Assembly: GCA_965637545.1 (NCBI GenBank)
Contig: OZ281500.1
Location: 310,001-374,000, forward strand
DNA: 64,000 nt
DNA from: Phallusia mammillata
Lineage: Eukaryota
Direction: 5' to 3'
The notes beneath the pieces were generated by a model that ran no database searches, was not told the origin of the DNA, and saw only the letters and a list, made by a program, of their open reading frames with translations. The translations under genes were made by a program, and so were the position numbers. How positions within the stretch are numbered: position 1 is the first letter of the stretch; each line of letters opens with the position of its first letter. Positions 60,796 through 64,000 of the stretch are shown in pieces.

Positions 60796-63700
60796 ATGGC
60801 ATTCTTCAGTGGGTTGGCCAACATTGGTCGCAAATCTTTGTTTGTTGTTCTCGTTATTTTCGTCACCATCTTCTCATTGGATGTAGCCACTCGTCTCATG
60901 GGATCTACAACCGAAAGCGACTTGGTCACGCATCACCGCACACCGCAAGGTAATCCGGGTTCACTCATCCGTACCCGTTCGACATGCTTCAGTGGTTAAC
61001 GAAAACCACATATTTCCGTCCTTTCATCATCGCGTCGCTGATTATTATAAAACAATTGGATGTTGTTAACCGCAGAAAAAAACACAACCAGCAACATTTT
61101 AAGAAAACCATTGGAATAATTGTCACATCTTTTTCATCTCTATTATACGGTCAGATCTCACACAAAACATAAACGGAAAACAAAAACAAAACATAATTCG
61201 TTTCCCTGATTTATTATCGCCTTTACGCAAAAGCGTCAATTTTACTTCGACATTTTTTCGGCTCACTCCAATTATTAAAAATGCGATTGCAGCTTGTAAG
61301 TAAACTTGACGTTGGGAGCATTTGTGACCTTTCAGTTCAAATGGCCAAGTTGATGGAAAAACTGCGTAAGGTTTGTGCAAATAAACGGTTTGAGACATTT
61401 TGTATCCCACATAAATATAAACCAGTGAAAAAAAAATTCTCAAACCTTTTTATTATTTTTTCAAAACGGTCTCTTTGCCCCTATTTCGAGGGCTCGCGGT
61501 CCTTTAGCTGGAATGTGTATTTCAAAAAAACAAAAGTTGATTGCAGGATTTTAGCTAGTTATGCAAAATTGCGCATAACAATGATCGAAAGACGGCTTGT
61601 GACATCACAAACAAGACCAAAAAAAGCATTACGATTGTGCGCGAACAATTGAATTTTTGATAGTTGTCATTGAATATAGTTGTCATTGAAATAGGCTATT
61701 GTTTAGCATTGGAGTCAATTCTCAATTCTAATTTGATTTAAACTTATTTAGTGGCACAAACTGACGCTAAATAAGATTATAGAATAACTTCAACCGCTTC
61801 GCGGTCCCCCCAAAATTGCCTCACGGTCCCCGGAAGCAGGGTTCCGCAAATGTGCAATAAGTTAAGCGAACCTGTGCAAGCAGTCATGCGTTTCCTGCAC
61901 TATCTTATATTAAAAGCAAATACAGATCAAGACTACAAGTAGGGGACGATTTTTGGCTGGCCGTCTCTTAAATTAAACCTCGATTTGATTTGATGTGTTC
62001 TCAACACAGAGCCCACAGTTCTCATTTGTTAGAATAAATACGTTCGTTTACCTACTGTTTTATGTGAAAATAGCAACTGACAATAGCATTATAGCAGTCT
62101 AAATATTGATATTTAGTTTCTTAGTGTTTTCCACAAACTTACATGCTAACAAAATGCTTGGGTCGCGAGAATTTAGAGCATTTTTTTAGGGTCGCGCCAA
62201 AAAGTATTTGCGGACCCCTGCCCTAAAGGACCGCGGACCCCAGTTTGAGAACCGCTGATATAAACCAAAGCTAATCAACGATGAGAAAAGTTTAATCGAT
62301 TCAAAGTAGCTAATGTATTACATCCGTTCAGCGTATAAGAAACTAAATATTACCTTGTGGAAAAATACTGTTTGACTCAAAGGACATGTTGTAATAGATT
62401 GGCGTTTTCACCAGACCTTTGCCGTTAACTTAATAGAGCCTGCTTGCATTGGCGTATAGTCAGGAAGGGGTTAAAAGAGCCATTGACCCTGCCAAAATTT
62501 TAAAGTTGTGTACTGATAAAATATAAGTGTGTTTTCGTTATTTGGTCTCTCATTATAAATAAACTATCAATAGAATATATAAATTGCCAAAAATGACGTA
62601 CATGAAATAAGTAAATAAAGCGGGTCGAACCGCAGTCTGGAAAATTACGTGTTTGGTAAAAAACGAAAAAACGGTATCAGACAACAAAATGTTGGCCCCT
62701 ACTTACCACTGCAGAGTTGTAAACGGGCCCGAACCTGAATCGTTTTTGGAAAGCCTGTTTAGGCCTGATAGTTTGATTGACAGGGAAAGACCAATACAAC
62801 CAACACAATAAACTATTTGTCTTAAACAAGGCGTTTTAGGGCTGTTTGACATTAGGTCAGGTCCAGCAAACCGCTATTTAGCCAGTTAAATTTGTTTTAA
62901 AAAATACCAAAAGTGTAAAGTTAGAATCAAACCGTTTTTTTAAACCGAAGCCCGAACCCGACTTACAACTCTGTGCCGCTGTGTGTTTGTTAAAGTTAAC
63001 TGCTTGACCCAGGCATTGCCGAAGCAACAATTTAATATCGTTTTTTATGTGTAGCTCAACCGAAGTACCCGCGACAGAAACCTCCCTTAGTAGCTTCCAC
63101 AACTTCCACAACTGTAGCGGCGACCACGACCACAGCATTGCCTGGTTTGCAGAGTATGGACCTTGATCTGAAGCTTCCCCCTGAAGTCCCCAAACGGCCA
63201 AACTCGAAGGAAATTATTCTCAACTACAGCCAGAGGCGGGATTACGCCCTGACCATACAACACAATGAAATGTGCGGTGCAGGGACGCCTAAAGCTCTAG
63301 ACCTCAACGATTTTGATTATAGCAAAGATGTGTTCCTTCTGGCCGTGGTAAAGTCGTCTTGCTCAATGTCAGCGCGCCGTGGCGCCATCAGGCGGACGTG
63401 GGGAAACGTCACTTGGGTGAAAAATGAGCTCGGCGTGATTGTGAGGCTTGTTTTCCTGTTAGGCGCGTGTCAGGATAAGAAACAAAGCAACGATTTGATC
63501 GCTGAAGACAAGGTGCACAGAGACATCCTGCAGTGGGACTTCTTTGACAGTTTTCGTAATCTCACCTTAAAGGATTGTCTTTTCATGCAGTGGTACACGA
63601 GGTATTGCAGGAACGTTCCTTTCGTGTTTAAAGGCGACGACGATGTTTTCGTCAACCTCCGGAACATTGTGAGTTATGTAAAAGACACGCCTTCTGCATC

Positions 63701-64000
63701 GCGAGAAAACATGTTTGTCGGCTCGGTTTTGAACGGGAGTCCCCGAATCTTGGACCCAACGTGGAAATATTACGTCAGCTACAACCTTTACCCTGAAAAA
63801 CTTTACCCCCCTTACGTTTCGGGCGGGGGGTTTATAATGGGAGGGCGCTTGGTGGTCAAACTCTTTCAGGCGTCTCTACAGACCCGGATTATTCCAATTG
63901 ATGACGCTTTTCTCGGTATTTTACTGAAGAAGATTGGAGTTTCACCAAAAAATGACCGCGGGTTTAAAAGTTGGGGAATGAAGAAAAAAGACCCGTGCCG
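60796..64000 (+). CDS. GT31-family beta-1,3-glycosyltransferase (B3GNT/B3GALT-like), type II Golgi membrane protein, 3'-truncated by the window; exons 60796-60949 and 63055->64000
   Basis: Exon 1 MAFFSGLANIGRKSLFVVLVIFVTIFSLDVA (signal anchor) ends CAAG|gtaatc in phase 1; acceptor tgtgtag|CT at 63055. Open frame contains LLAVVKSS...RRGAIRRTWG, VFLLG, DILQWDFFDSFRNLTLK, FKGDDDVFVN (DxD), KYYVS..LYP..YPPYVSGGGF, PIDDAFLG. The exact ortholog is not resolvable. Confidence 0.9.
62158..62257. mobile_element. hAT MITE terminal fragments
   Basis: Ends gcggacccctg and cagtttgagaaccgctg resemble the TIR of the 32559 element; a lone cagtggttctcaaact also occurs at 57836. Matching opposite ends were not identified. 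Confidence 0.4.

Noticed and set aside
54747-62160. Short ORFs between GRAMD1 and the glycosyltransferase (e.g. 55267-55539, 57250-57848, 61281-61652)
   Set aside because: No domain similarity. The exon-like 61293-61366 piece is out of phase with glycosyltransferase exon 1 and hits a stop in that frame.

Overview
Eukaryotic, intron-containing, AT-rich animal DNA; compact GT-AG introns and the orphan 7TM family suggest an ascidian tunicate (inference). By manual phase-consistent splicing I reconstruct six genes. (1,2) Two tandem two-exon orphan 7TM/GPCR-like paralogs (-, 2250-3515 and 5818-7229). (3) A two-exon LRR type-I membrane protein without TIR (-, 9434-11892). (4) A 5'-incomplete seven-exon, largely disordered uncharacterised protein (-, 14300-19649). 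(5) A 23-exon GRAMD1/Aster sterol transporter with at least three alternative first coding exons (+, 28607-54478). (6) A GT31 beta-1,3-glycosyltransferase running off the window (+, 60796-64000), whose main exon is absent from the ORF track. Non-coding DNA holds many hAT MITEs with 8-bp TSDs, tRNA-SINE-like fragments, a 39-bp minisatellite and a compound microsatellite. The most unexpected signal is a set of hammerhead-ribozyme motifs (CUGAnGA-stem II-GAAAC...NUH) from about four sequence families. They include a nearly intact type I hammerhead in the sense strand of a GRAMD1 intron and minimal Penelope-type hammerheads, some inside inverted-repeat structures. All coordinates were read by eye and may be off by a few bases.
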